Assembly (NCBI RefSeq): GCF_016433145.1
Contig: NC_058133.1
Location: forward strand, 233,411,473 to 233,475,472
Origin: Gracilinanus agilis
Taxonomy: Eukaryota
Reading direction: 5' to 3'
Length of the DNA: 64,000 nucleotides
A model generated the notes under the pieces. That model had not been told where the DNA came from. It was given only the letters and a program-made list of their open reading frames with translations, and did not search any database. Numbering within the stretch: position 1 is the first letter of the stretch; every line of letters starts with the position of its first letter. Shown here one piece after another: positions 26,290 to 38,326 of this stretch. A program made the translations under genes and the position numbers.

Positions 26290-26701
26290 CTCTAAAGTAT
26301 AGTGTCCTAAGGTCATACTCTTTCTTAGAACTATTTCTGGGGATCTTTACCCTCAGCCTACTAGCTTTCTCCTTTATTTTTTTTTCTAAACTTTCCTAAT
26401 GCCCCAACTCTCAAGGTACTGAATTTTCCACATAACCTTGGTCCTTGAACTTGATGATTTAGAGATGGGATCTCCTGTTGACCTCTTGACCCTTTTACTC
26501 CTGCCTATGTAGAAGCAAACTGTTCCTAGTTTTATAGCATTTATCTCTTCCTGTGGCCACACAATCCAGACAACATGTATCTGTGTGTATTTTCTATGGT
26601 TTATTCACAGAGGAAATGAGCACTATTTTGAAACATAGAGAACTACGCTATAGATAATTCAAAGTTCATATAAATGATTCTAACCCAGTATAATCTAGAC
26701 C

Positions 26702-26953
26702 AGCATTGGCAAAGGTTTTTGAGTTTGCGTGCCCAGGGAGCAACTTCAAGCTGTCTGTGAGGACTCTTGTCGTTCCCCCACCACCATGACCACCTTCTTC
26801 CCTCCAGCATTACCAGAGAGAGCTTAGGGAGGAAGTGCTTGCTCTGGGCTGCTGGACAAAGGGATAGGACATGCAAAATATGTGTCCTCCGGCGCTGGAA
26901 AGAGGGGGAATAGAGCAGCTCTCCTGTTCTGGGGCCAGCATACATGCCAATAG
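26702..26953. mobile_element. Degraded hAT-like MITE remnant
   Basis: Left end CAGCATTGGCAAAGG...GCGTGCCC preceded by an NNNTANNN-type 8-mer (ATCTAGAC). Right TIR not found. Confidence 0.4.
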
Positions 26954-27724
26954 TGAAATTACTAAGTATGGTAATGTGGGATAATGGAAAGAGCCTACAC
27001 TTTGGGCCTGGAAAGATCTGGGTTCTTAGGTCACCCTTGATACTTATTAGCTTATGCAACTCTAAGCAAGGTATTTAACCTTTTTGAGCATCCATATACC
27101 TTGCCCACTCCTTCCTTTCCTTTGCCTTAGAGTCCTCAAGAAACATCTTTTGCATGAAACCTTGTATTTAACAACCATCCACATTTTATTCAACATATCA
27201 CACAGTTGGGGAGAACCTCAGTGTAAACAAATGATCATAGACAAGCAAGGCATTTAAGGTTTAAGGCAAAAACTGGTAGGTTATTATAGGGGTTAGGTAG
27301 TAATAAGAAGGAAGGAGCCCCCAAAGCAACTGAATTAAACCAAATAGGAGTGTCTCTGCAAATGTATCGATGATATTTGGTACACTGAAAACTGATCTCC
27401 TGGCTATAGCCATACAAAGTACAAGGTGTTTCTGCATAAAGATCAAACATTTTAGTAATAGCAGAGGAACAGACATTAAGGAAACTGGATTCTATTCCAG
27501 CACCATCTCATTTACCATTTATGTCATAAGTTTGGTTATGATAGCATAACATGTAACAAATTGATCAGCAATGAGATCACCTAAGAACAGTGAGTAACAT
27601 GGTGCTAAGATCTCAATTTTGTCCCAAAGACTCTAGCTATTTTGTTTATGCTTATAATCTCCTGTTTTGAATATATGACCTGATACAGAAATATTCTTAG
27701 TGCATTTTAGAAATGTAACTGATG

Positions 27725-27914
27725 GGGGCAGCTGGGTAGCTCAGTGGATTAAGAGTCAGGCCTAGAGACGGGAGATCCTAGGTTCAAATCTGGCCTCAGA
27801 CACTTCCCAGCTGTGTGACCCTGGGCAAGTCACTTGACCCCCATTGCCTACCCTTACCACTCTTCCACCTAGGAGCCAATACACAGAAGTTAAGGGTTTA
27901 AAAAAAATAAAAAC
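27725..27914 (+). mobile_element. SINE1_Mdo-like SINE
   Basis: TSD AAATGTAACTGATG at 27711-27724 and 27915-27928. Confidence 0.9.
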
Positions 27915-28249
27915 AAATGTAACTGATGAATGCCAATAGCTACTTCCAAAGTAACTCCTTGGTCCCCTAGTTACAAAATGGTATCCTTTTACACTTCAGA
28001 ACACCCTCATGTTGAATCAGGATTCAGCTTCTGGGAGCCTTGGACTGAAATCATGCTTCTTTCCCCCCAAAACAGGATGCTTCTTAATTTCTGACAGGTT
28101 TTTGTCATTTCTTCCACATTTCCTACTTAATCACTGCCTAAGTTAATTTCTACTAGCTTAATATTCTCATATTTAAGTAGAAGAGAGGAAAACAACTTAA
28201 AAGATATTGCTGTAAGTTTTGTTCTGTCACTCACTTAAAAGATTAATTC

Positions 28250-28442
28250 GGGGGGCAGCTGGGTAGCTCAGTGGATTGAGAGCCAGGCCTAGAGACAGGA
28301 GGTCCTAGGTTCAAATCCGGCCTCAGACACTTCCCAGCTGTGTGACCCTGGGTAAGTCACTTGACCCCCATTGCCTACCCTTACCAATCTTCCACCTATA
28401 AGTCAATACACAGAAGTTAAGGGTTTAAAATTAAAAAAAAAA
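28250..28442 (+). mobile_element. SINE1_Mdo-like SINE
   Basis: Full head and tail. TSD ending in ATTAATTC on both sides. Confidence 0.9.
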
Positions 28443-29574
28443 ATTAATTCAACCTGATCATAACCAAAGTTCAGAAAGCACCCCATTTTCCTCACAGGCC
28501 AAGTGTGACTCTGAGATCCCCATAGCTCTAAAGAACTTGAACTTGGTGTCAAAAATTTTGGATTTGAGGCTTATTGGTACTATTTACTTCCTATGTGATT
28601 CTAGTCAACTTGGTTTTTTACCTCTTTGAGTCTTGTTTTCTTCAGCCTCATCATCTGCTGATATTGCAAGTCACCCATTTGGACTTCCACTCTCTTCCTT
28701 TCTCCAAACCATCTTCAGCTGGTAACACAATCTCCGTAAAACACACTTCTGACCAAGTCACTCTCCTACTTGAGAGTCTTAATGCCATTGGAATAAAATA
28801 ACTCTTCAGCTTGACATTTAAAGCCCCTTCATAATCTGGCTACTCTCAAACTTTCCAAGCTTATTGCACAAAGTACTTTCATTTAATCAAATATTTATTA
28901 AGAACCTACTTTGGATGCAAATACAATGAATAAAATGAATAAGTAATAAATAAAATCTTTCCTGCAACTTATAGTCTTAGAGGGTTGCTTAGAAATTTGT
29001 GCAAGACTTGTGCATGGTCACATAGCTAATATGTAAACCTAGAATTTCCTTACTGCAAGGCCCATTGTCTTTCTTCTATACCACACAAATAGAAAGAAGT
29101 CATGTATAAGTAATCTGAGAGGAGGGGGACTAGGAGTTATGAAGTTCAGGAAAGACTTCATGTAGAAGATTGTGCTTGAATTGGTCTTGAAGGAAGGAAG
29201 CCTTTGTCTAGAAGCCCTTTTTGCTCCTAATCAAGGGAGACTACTTGAATAGGCCACCCTGTATGCCTGGAATGCCCTGCACTCCCACCTCAGCTCTGTC
29301 ACTTGGAAGCCCTGGCTTTCTGCAATATTTAGGTCACATAACATCCTAAGGGAAGCCTTTCCTGATTCCCTGGCTTATAAGTGTTCTCTTTTATCCTCAA
29401 ATTATATGTATATACTTCTATGCTTATATGTTGCTAACCATAATAGAATGTGATCTCCTTGAGGTCAGGTCCCATCTTTTTTTCTATCATTGTATTCCCA
29501 CGTTGTATTGTCTCACAGTGCCTTTCACCCAGTAAGCCCTCAATAAATCCTTATGGCCTGGATTTCTTTCTTTC

Positions 29575-30300
29575 TTTTTTTTTAATTTCTAAAAATTTTT
29601 TTAAATTTTATTTAATTGGTTAATTAAGAACCTTTTTCCATGCTTACATGATTCATGTTCTTCCTCTCCCCTCCTCTTACCCTCCTCCCGTAGCCAATGA
29701 GCAATTCCACTGGGTTTTACATGTGTCATTGATCAAGACCTATTTCTGTATTTGCACTAGGGTGATTGTTTAGAGTCTACATCCCCAATCATAACTCCAT
29801 CGAGCCATGTGATCAAGTAGTTGTTTTTCTTCTGTGTTTCTACTCCTACAGTTATTTCTTTGGATGTGGATAGTGTTCTTTCTCACAAGTCCCTCAGAAA
29901 TGTCTTGGATCACTGTATTGCTGCTAGTAGATAAGTCCATTACAATTGCTTGTAATTACAATTGCAGTGTATCTGTCTCTGTGTATAAGATTCTCCTGTT
30001 TCTGCTCCTTTCACTCTGCCTCAATTCCTGGAGTCATTCCAGTTCACATGGAATTCCTTCAGTTCATTATTCCTTTGAGCACAATAGTATTCCATCACCA
30101 ACAGATACCATAATTTATTTAGCCATTCCTCAATCAAAGGGCATCCCCTCATTTTCCAATTTTTTGCCACCACAAAGAGCAGCTATAAATATTTTTGTGC
30201 AAGTCATTTTCCTTATTATCTCTGGGGTATAAACCCAGCAAAGGTATGGCTGGATCAAAGGGCAGGCAGTCTTTTAAAGCCCTTTAGGCATAGTTCCAAA
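29575..30300 (-). mobile_element. Marsupial L1 3' end, reverse orientation
   Basis: T-rich start (poly-A) followed by a typical L1 3'UTR/ORF2-end reverse complement (...CCATCCCTCAAT..., GGATCAAAGGG). Confidence 0.75.
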
Positions 30301-30384
30301 TTATGACCTGGATTTCTAAAAGAATTGGACTTGATCATTTGGGAGAAGCTGTACATCTTCCTCCAGGGTCTTACCTGCCAGGAA

Positions 30385-30570
30385 TTTTTAAACTAGGATC
30401 CACAAAGAAGTCTGTGAATAGATTTCAGGGGAGCTGTGAACTTGGATGAGGGAAAAGATTGCATCTTTATTTCAGCATAATTGGTTTCCTCATTAATTCT
30501 ATGCATTTTATTTTATTTATTTAAAAGCATTATTCTGGGAAGGGGTCCATAGTCTTCACCAGACTGCCAA
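30385..30570. mobile_element. Old hAT-Charlie/MER-type DNA transposon relic (related piece near 22680-22800)
   Basis: ...CATTATTCTG.GAAGGGGTCCATAG.CTTCACCAGACTGCCAAA motif is present in both copies. Confidence 0.55.
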
Positions 30571-31119
30571 AAAAAAAAGAGAGAGATAAACAATTTCTGA
30601 TATAGATTATATGACAGTTTTGCTCTATTGCTGCCTGCCAATTGGCCAGAGAATGTGAGATATCATCAATACTTCTATCAATCAGATTTTTTTATCACTT
30701 GTAGCAGAATTTATAAACATCATAGAGAAGACAAGATTAGCTTATTCTGTTGCAAATTCTGCTCTCCTCACACAATGACTGATCCTTTCCCTAGTTCATT
30801 AGATGATTCCAAATATAATCTTTTGTTTGCTTCCTAAGTAAGTCTTTGGGATACAGTCTCCATGCTTGTGGTGTTGGGACATCCCTTAGACAAGGATTAA
30901 CCAGAAATCATAGGAAACAACAAAACCACTTAGTCTAAACTAGCTGTACCTCTGTGAATGACTGTATTGAGGATACCTCCTCTTGGTTTGAGTGACTCAG
31001 ATTCACATGTTTTGGTGCTGCAGGAGACACTCAGATACAGTGTTTATAGTATTATGTCTTATGTTCTGCTCCTGATTATTTCCATTAATTTATTAATATT
31101 AACATTATGAATTGAAAAT

Positions 31120-32280
31120 TAAGCAAAAACAAATTTTCTGATGTTGGTCAAAGCATTTATTAAATAGCTTCTCTATATTACATATTAAGGATTCAAATAT
31201 AGTAAATGAAACAAACCTTATTCATACTTTCTAACTGAGGAGTCAAGTACATATATAACTATTTACAGAATAAATGCAAATAATACAAAGTAGTTTGGGA
31301 GAGAAGGCAATAGTAATTGTGGAGGTCAGAAAAGATCACATAGAAGCAAATCCTAAAGGAAGAGAGATTCTCCAAGGTGAAGGTAAGAAGGCATTTCAGG
31401 CATAAGGGACAGCTGTTATAAATTGGGAGTCAGGGTTTTGTATGTAAGGAAAAGAGAGAAGGCCAGCTTCACTGGATTGGAGGGAATATACAGTAAGACT
31501 GAAAAGATAGGGCTAGGTCATGTAGGCTTTAAAAGCTAAACAAACGCATTTATATTTAAACTTAGAGGTCATAGGGAACCACTGGAGTTGAGTGAATAGA
31601 AAAGTGACAGGTCTACCCTTAAGGAAAATCATTTTCATAGCAGTAAGACAGGCTAGGAGTAGAGAGAGACTTGAGAATAGGAGGCCATTGCATTGACTCC
31701 TTACTCTGTATAAAGAGAGAGAGATAATTCAGCTTTATACACTTATAAATTATATACATATTATTGTGCTACTATTGGCTTAGCTGTCCACCTCCGTATA
31801 AAATCCCCTAAACTTGTGATTTCATATGGAGGTAGAGGAAAGGAAAGGAACTGATTTTGATAAGAACTCTCCAAATTCAGCCAGTGAATAGAGAATGTAC
31901 ATTATAGAACTCACCCCAAAATGTTTTTTGAAAGGTCAAAAGAAAGATGAAGTAATATTTGATCAAAGGGTCAATAGGAAGTCACTGGAATTTGAATGTG
32001 AATGTGAATTGATGTGATTAGACCTGGGCTTTAGGAAAACTGCTTGGGTAGCTGTGTGGAGAATGAATTGTGGAGGAGAAAGACAATGCAGGAAAGAAAG
32101 CCCATTAGGAGGCTCTTTTACAGGGGCCTGAACCGGGGTAGTAGCTTTGTGGGTAGAGAGTAGCAGACAGATATGACAAGATTTGTCAACTGATTGGATA
32201 TGTGGAGTGAGCAAGTCAAAGATGACACCAACTTTATGAGCCTATCTAACTATAAGGATGATAGTAGCAAATTCTTCTCT
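31120..32280 (-). mobile_element. Degraded, interrupted L2 LINE
   Basis: Purine-rich reverse complement of L2. Boundaries approximate. Confidence 0.55.
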
Positions 32281-35150
32281 GGGAATTTTAGAAGGATGGG
32301 GGAATGGTTTGGAGGGGAAAATAATAAGTTCTGGGATTTGGGTTGTAACTCATCCTGACATGCTTATTGTTGACCTACTGTTGTCCCTCTGAAAATGAAA
32401 AGGGAGTGGCAAGGTCCTTACTCACCAGCCACCACCACAGAGTCTATCTAAGGGATGCCTTCTAAAGTCATGAGGTAATCTGTGGGAATGAATGAGATAG
32501 GCTGGAGAGGTGAAGGAGGTTGTATTTGCCCACTCCCACCTGCATAGCTGCTCTACCCTGAAGTCCAAACTTCAGCTTAGAAGAGGGAAGTTTGGGAACT
32601 TAAGTGGAGGGAAGAAGAATAATGGTGGAGTGTAGAGGATGAGAATATGTGTAGTTTCATTAAGCTTCGGGCTTTTGTATATCAATGGTTGATTAAACAC
32701 ACACCCTTTTGAGTTAAGCCACAACTTCTATTTGGAGACCACTATGGTACCCTATCCTCCTTGTTTAGATCATCAGTTTGCGCACAGGCTATTTTCCAAC
32801 AAGCTTTATACTCTGTGAGGATAGGAATGGCATCCTTTTCACCTCCCTATCTCCAAAACACCTTGTACTTATTAGTAGACTTAATATTTTCTTTTGAATG
32901 AGTAAATGATAAATAAAATGTCTGGATAATCTATTTATTATCACCACCAAGAGTTGTCCATTGGACACTCTTCTATGTAAGGATTCTGTGCTAGGTGATG
33001 GGGCAATTACTCAGTCTTTGATGTCTGAGAAATTGTGTTCCAGACAGTGAGAAGTTTGCTTTTAATATATAAAGAGATTTTAAAACTACGCCAATATAAA
33101 ATGAGTACTACCCAAAAGTGGTATAGGAATTCAGAAGAAGAAGCATTGATTAGAAAGTCAGCCCCCATATAATCTAGAATTGTCTATATTTAGACAATAT
33201 CTTTTTCAGCTGAGAGTCAGTTTCCTGGATAACATGTTAAACTTGGAGTCCAGAAGTTTGGAGTACAAATCTTACATTTACTAACCTGATAACTATGGGG
33301 ATGTCATTTATTATCTCTATCAAGGAACTTTCTAAGATTCTAAACCACAGAAAGGTTTCAGAGTTCTCAAACCAATGAAAGCATAAATTCTTGACTACTG
33401 ACCTCTAAGATTGGTAGAAACAAGAGTTGAGATTTGAAGGTCTATATAAAGAGAGGCATTATAAAAACAAAGATAAACAGTTGAATGCGTCATTCATCAC
33501 TTCTTTTTCATAACAACTCTGCCAGGAGCTATCACAAACCCCATTTTATAAAAAAAAAAAATTGAGGCTGAGAGGTTAAGTGATTTGCCCAGGGTCAAAC
33601 AGCTAGTAAGGAGTATCTGAGGTGGAATTTGAACTCAGGTCTAGAGTTTTTCCCCTCTCTAGCAAATATTTAGACATGCAAGAAAAAGCACAGTGATAAC
33701 TCCTTCACTTAGGGCCCCATACTACTGCAGAGACCCAGATGAAATAAAAATGTCCTTGGAAAGACAACCAATTAAAATAAAGACCAAAATTATAAGAAGT
33801 CTAAATGCCAGGAGAACACTGCTTGAAAGTGATTTTTCACAGGAATGGCTAGGTGGTTCAGTGGATAGAGAATCAGGCCTGGGGATGAGAAATCCTTGGT
33901 TCAAATGTGACCTCAGACATTTCCTAGCTGTGTGACCCTGGGCAAGTCACTATTAATCCCAATTGCCTAGCCCTTACCCCTCTTTGACCTTGGAACTGAT
34001 ACTTGGTATCAATTCTAAGTGGGAGGTGAGGGTCTAAAAATTTTTTTTACTCATAAAAGGAATTTTTAATTTTATTTAATTCAGGCACCCAAGATTTCTC
34101 TCCCATAGTAATTGATCACAGTTCATTTATTTGTGGTGTCAGCATACTCTCCAACTATATTAACTGCTTTGCTAGACTGAATTCCAATTCATGACTTCTC
34201 CACGTGAAATTTGCCCCTAAGATAATAGAAGTTTGGGCTGTTAAAATCCTGTCAAGCAAGCTGTAGATCTAGTATGAAAATGCTACCTTGAAAGCTATTA
34301 TCCTTCCATTTCTAGAGAAGCTTCTATATTCAGACTGCCGGTCAGAGACTCTGCCTGCTTAGCATTTGAACATTTTGACAAGGTATCATTTTAACAAAGG
34401 TGAATACAGTAGTTTTTAATATGACCACCCTACCTTCAGTCAGACTCTGTCATTCACTGAATACAGTTGTTTTCTGTCTCTTGCTTGCTCAAGACACTGG
34501 ATGTCACAGGTTTGATGTCTTTAGCGGAGAAAGAGAGAAAGGAGCTGTTAGGAAGCCATTGCAAAGTGTGAGAAACTATTAGCACTCATCCATATCCACT
34601 CTGATAGGGAAACCACAGCAGATTTTTCTACCTAATAACCTACTATTAACTTAAATGTCTTTGTGATTTCTCCCTCCTCTAAACTACTACTGCATTCTCT
34701 CTTCCCCAGAAGAAGGTCAATTTCTTGAAGATGTGGACCCTGGTTTTGTGTCATCAGTACCTAACATCTTGTCTTGTGTGATAATGTATGCTTAATAAGA
34801 GACTGTCGCTTTTCTTTTTAACTTTGATATATGGCTCTTTGTGTAAATTATTTGTCTTTCCTCCCATATCTATTATAAGTTCCATGAGGACAGGCATCAT
34901 TTTTATTTACCTTTATATTTCAGTTCAGGTATACCAGTATTGATTGGTGTTTACTTAGAGGCTTGAACAGAGTAGAAGTGCATTAAGTGTTTGTTGAATT
35001 CAGTTAGTTTGTAATCAAGTGTGTGTTGTTCACTCTTGGAAAACTAACTAGTGAAACTAAACACTCACTCTTCAGTGAGCCAAAAGGCCAAATGAATGAT
35101 GAAGATGGAGAAGGAGAAGACAAGTTCACTGTTTTCTTGGGTTTCTTCAG

Positions 35151-35275
35151 GAAAGTCAGAAGGAAACGGCAAAATGCATGTTACTCTCTGTGACTTCATC
35201 GAGCCCTGGGATTCCCTGAGTACCACGCAGAAAAAGAGTCTAAATCAACGATACCAGATGGGTTGTGAATGCAAG
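35151..35275 (+). CDS. TIMP2: TIMP2 coding exon 4 ([41 protein letters not shown])
   Basis: Acceptor AG at 35149-35150 and donor GTAAG at 35276. 125 nt. Frame is continuous with exons 3 and 5. Confidence 0.98.
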
Positions 35276-38128
35276 GTAAGCAGATAATTTCTGCCATCAC
35301 TCTGGGGTTACTGACCAAACAATTGTTAGTATTAGAGCAGAATTCCATAGTAGCCTCCAATTCACCATGGTACTCAGACTTACTGGACTGCAAAGGTATG
35401 GCAGGTATGCATTTGTACACCCTAATGTGCCAAGGCCCTGTCACTTTGGTGAAGTTGTCTAGGACTAAGAGCCCTCTGGGGAAGTGGCTGATTTTCCCAA
35501 TCTCTGGCAACCCTAGGTTCCTACTGCTGATACTCCTGTTTCTTTCCTCTAGTCTTCACTTGCTTTCCCTCTACAGTTTCCATTAGGCTAGGGTACAGAG
35601 AGGCATTTGCAAATAGTGATTTTTCTGCCCTGGAATCCAGGGCCCTTCTATGCCCAGATATTCATTGTCTTATTTGCTCTTTTTCTTGGTGGAAACTAGT
35701 TCCATTATGAGTCAAGTGAGGGTTCTGCTTTCCTCCTTATTTTCTCTGGCTTAACCCATTATATATGACCCTACAGATCTGACTGGTATGAGCAAGAAAG
35801 GCATAAAAGTTAGAGTTTAAGTTTTAAGGGTGGTACTTTTGGTCACTAGTCCTTAAATTCCACCACTTCCCTTGATGGCAAAGTGTTGGGCTAGTTGGAT
35901 CCAATTGGAAAGATGCATTTTTTAGCCAGAAGGATAAAGTGGATATGGTTATTCCATATTTTAGGATGAGGGAAAGTGTTTGATTAAAAGGAACCATATT
36001 CTTTGTATGACAGTACATGCCTTTAGTCCCTGCTACCAGAGAGATTGAGGCTGGTGAATCACTTGCTTTGGAGTTCTGACCTACAGTGGGCTTAAGCCAG
36101 TTAGGAATCTCTGCACTAAAATATGGTGAGGCCCCTATGAGCAGGTAAAAAGGGAGAAACTTACTGGACTGCAAAGTATTGCAATCCAGGGGAATAAAGG
36201 GCTAATTCAGCCCAGGTCAGGAAAATAAAGCATGTTAAAGTTTCTGTGCCAATCATAGGTGGGATCAGGTCCATGAGTACCTACTATATTTCTCACCTGG
36301 ATGAGATAGGGAGACCTAGTCTACAAAGAAATTTTTTGTTTAAAAAATCATTTGCAACATTTTTATATTTTAAGTAAAGTTTTTTGTTCATTTTTTAAAT
36401 TAAGTCGAAGCTTTTGTTTAGTTTTGATGAATAAAAATAATCTACCTTGTGATTCCTCAGAAAATGTTCACCTTTTAAAAAAAAAAGTTCCCTGAGTGAT
36501 TATGCCCTCTTTGAGCTTCACTCATTTAAATCCAGCAAATCTCTCCAAAGACCAGGACTTTATGGAGAATGTGGACTTCATGAAGTAGGGTAATGGCAAA
36601 TGATAGCCATAAGGAATACAACATAGGATTCCAAGGCACAGCTTTGCCTAATCATCTTTTAAGGGAATGGGGAGACTTTGGGTAGGCAATTGTGGTCAAA
36701 TCTGGCCATATGGTCTTCAGCTGATAAGGAAGAGATCTAGAATGTAATTCAGTAGGAAAAATGGGGATTGTGTAGATGTTTTTGCCCTTTGGCTAAAAAG
36801 ATAAGCACATGTACTTTTTCTAATAGGGACACTTGTAGAGACCTTTCCCAACATACAAGCATCATCTACTTGTGGGCATGCCTAGATCTAAATGAGGATG
36901 TCTCTGCCAGTGTAAAATATTGTCATGAGGAACAGACTTCCTCAAAATCAGCCAAGAGATATGTTTTCAACTTCATAGTTAATTATTTGGTTTAGTCCTG
37001 AATTAAAAAAAAAAAAAAAAAAAAGCTGACATTCAAACTCAGTCTTTGGTCTCTGAATCCAATGTTTTTTACCCTTAAGAAGACCAGACTAAACTTTTGC
37101 CATATTCTCCTATAAATTTATTAGTTGCCCAGCTATTTAACAAGATTCCTAAAATGAATCCTTTGAATCCTAGAGCCATGCATAGCCTTGGACCTGTAGT
37201 TTCCTTTCTCATACTGGCACTATGTCACTTGGGGACAAAAATGAGTCACTAAAAGTAATGGTAACTACTGTAGTCACACACTAAGTCTAATAGTGGGGGC
37301 TATGCCTAAATTTATGAGCTATAGCTTCCCAAACCATTTTTTTTCTTCCTTAGAAGATCATAAGGTCTTTTTCTATCTCTTACCTTAGCTTTCTAAAATT
37401 CCCAAAACCCTTTAACTCTGAACAATAGTTCAAAATGTTGTGTGTCACCTGACATACAATTAAAACTCAGTTTTTCATGATTTATTGGATTTTTGACATG
37501 GTGAAAGTATTCACTACCTGACATAGCTTCAAACTACTCTAAAAATAGGACGATTGCCATCTAATTTCAAGCACTTAAGCTCAAAACTAGATCATAATGA
37601 CAATCTTTTTTATTTTCATAATGCTAGTCTCCACAACACTCAGTATTTTTTTCCCTTTTTAATTCTTCCAATATGACCAATCATTTAGATCATTTAGAAA
37701 GGGAAGAAAGGCCATATTCATATATTTCAAGCACATCAGCAGGGGAATGAAATATAGAAAGTCAAGGAATTTGTCATACTGCAAATCAGTATCATAGCCG
37801 ACATTTAGCTCCAGGCTTTCTCCACTAAGCCAGACAGTCTTCTTTTGGATTGCAAGTGAATTCAAAAGAGGTAGCCCATCTAAAAACAGTGTGATAAGAA
37901 GAGCAAGGGAATCTAGTCCTAGTAGTTGTTCAAAATCCCAATTCTGGGATCTACTCCCTGTGTGATCTTGGCATCACTTAATTTCTTGAACCACTCTTTC
38001 CTTATCTGTAGAATGAAAGATCTTGGCTAGATAGAGTTTTTCAGCTTTAAATCCTAGGATCTTATTCACTTATTTTGGTCTTTGCCCCTAAGTCTGTCTT
38101 GTGACCCTGTTTTTTATTTTCTCCCTAG

Positions 38129-38326
38129 ATTTCTCGATGCCCCATGATCCCATGTTATGTATCTTCACCAGATGAGTGCCTGTGGATGGACTGGGTCACA
38201 GAGAAGATCATTTATGGACATCAGGCAAAGTATTTTGCCTGTATCAAGAGGAGTGATGGCTCCTGTGCATGGTACCGTGGGGCAGCACCACCCAAGCAGG
38301 AGTTTCTTGATATTGAGGACCCATAA
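38129..38326 (+). CDS. TIMP2: TIMP2 coding exon 5 ([10 protein letters not shown]...[11 protein letters not shown])
   Basis: Acceptor AG at 38127-38128 and TAA at 38324-38326. Carries the characteristic acidic tail QEFLDIEDP. All expected Cys residues are present. Confidence 0.98.
   Translation: MSRCPMIPCYVSSPDECLWMDWVTEKIIYGHQAKYFACIKRSDGSCAWYRGAAPPKQEFLDIEDP

Noticed and set aside
34309-34325. Heat-shock-element-like TTCTAGAGAAGCTTC
   Set aside because: Only two correctly phased nGAAn units.
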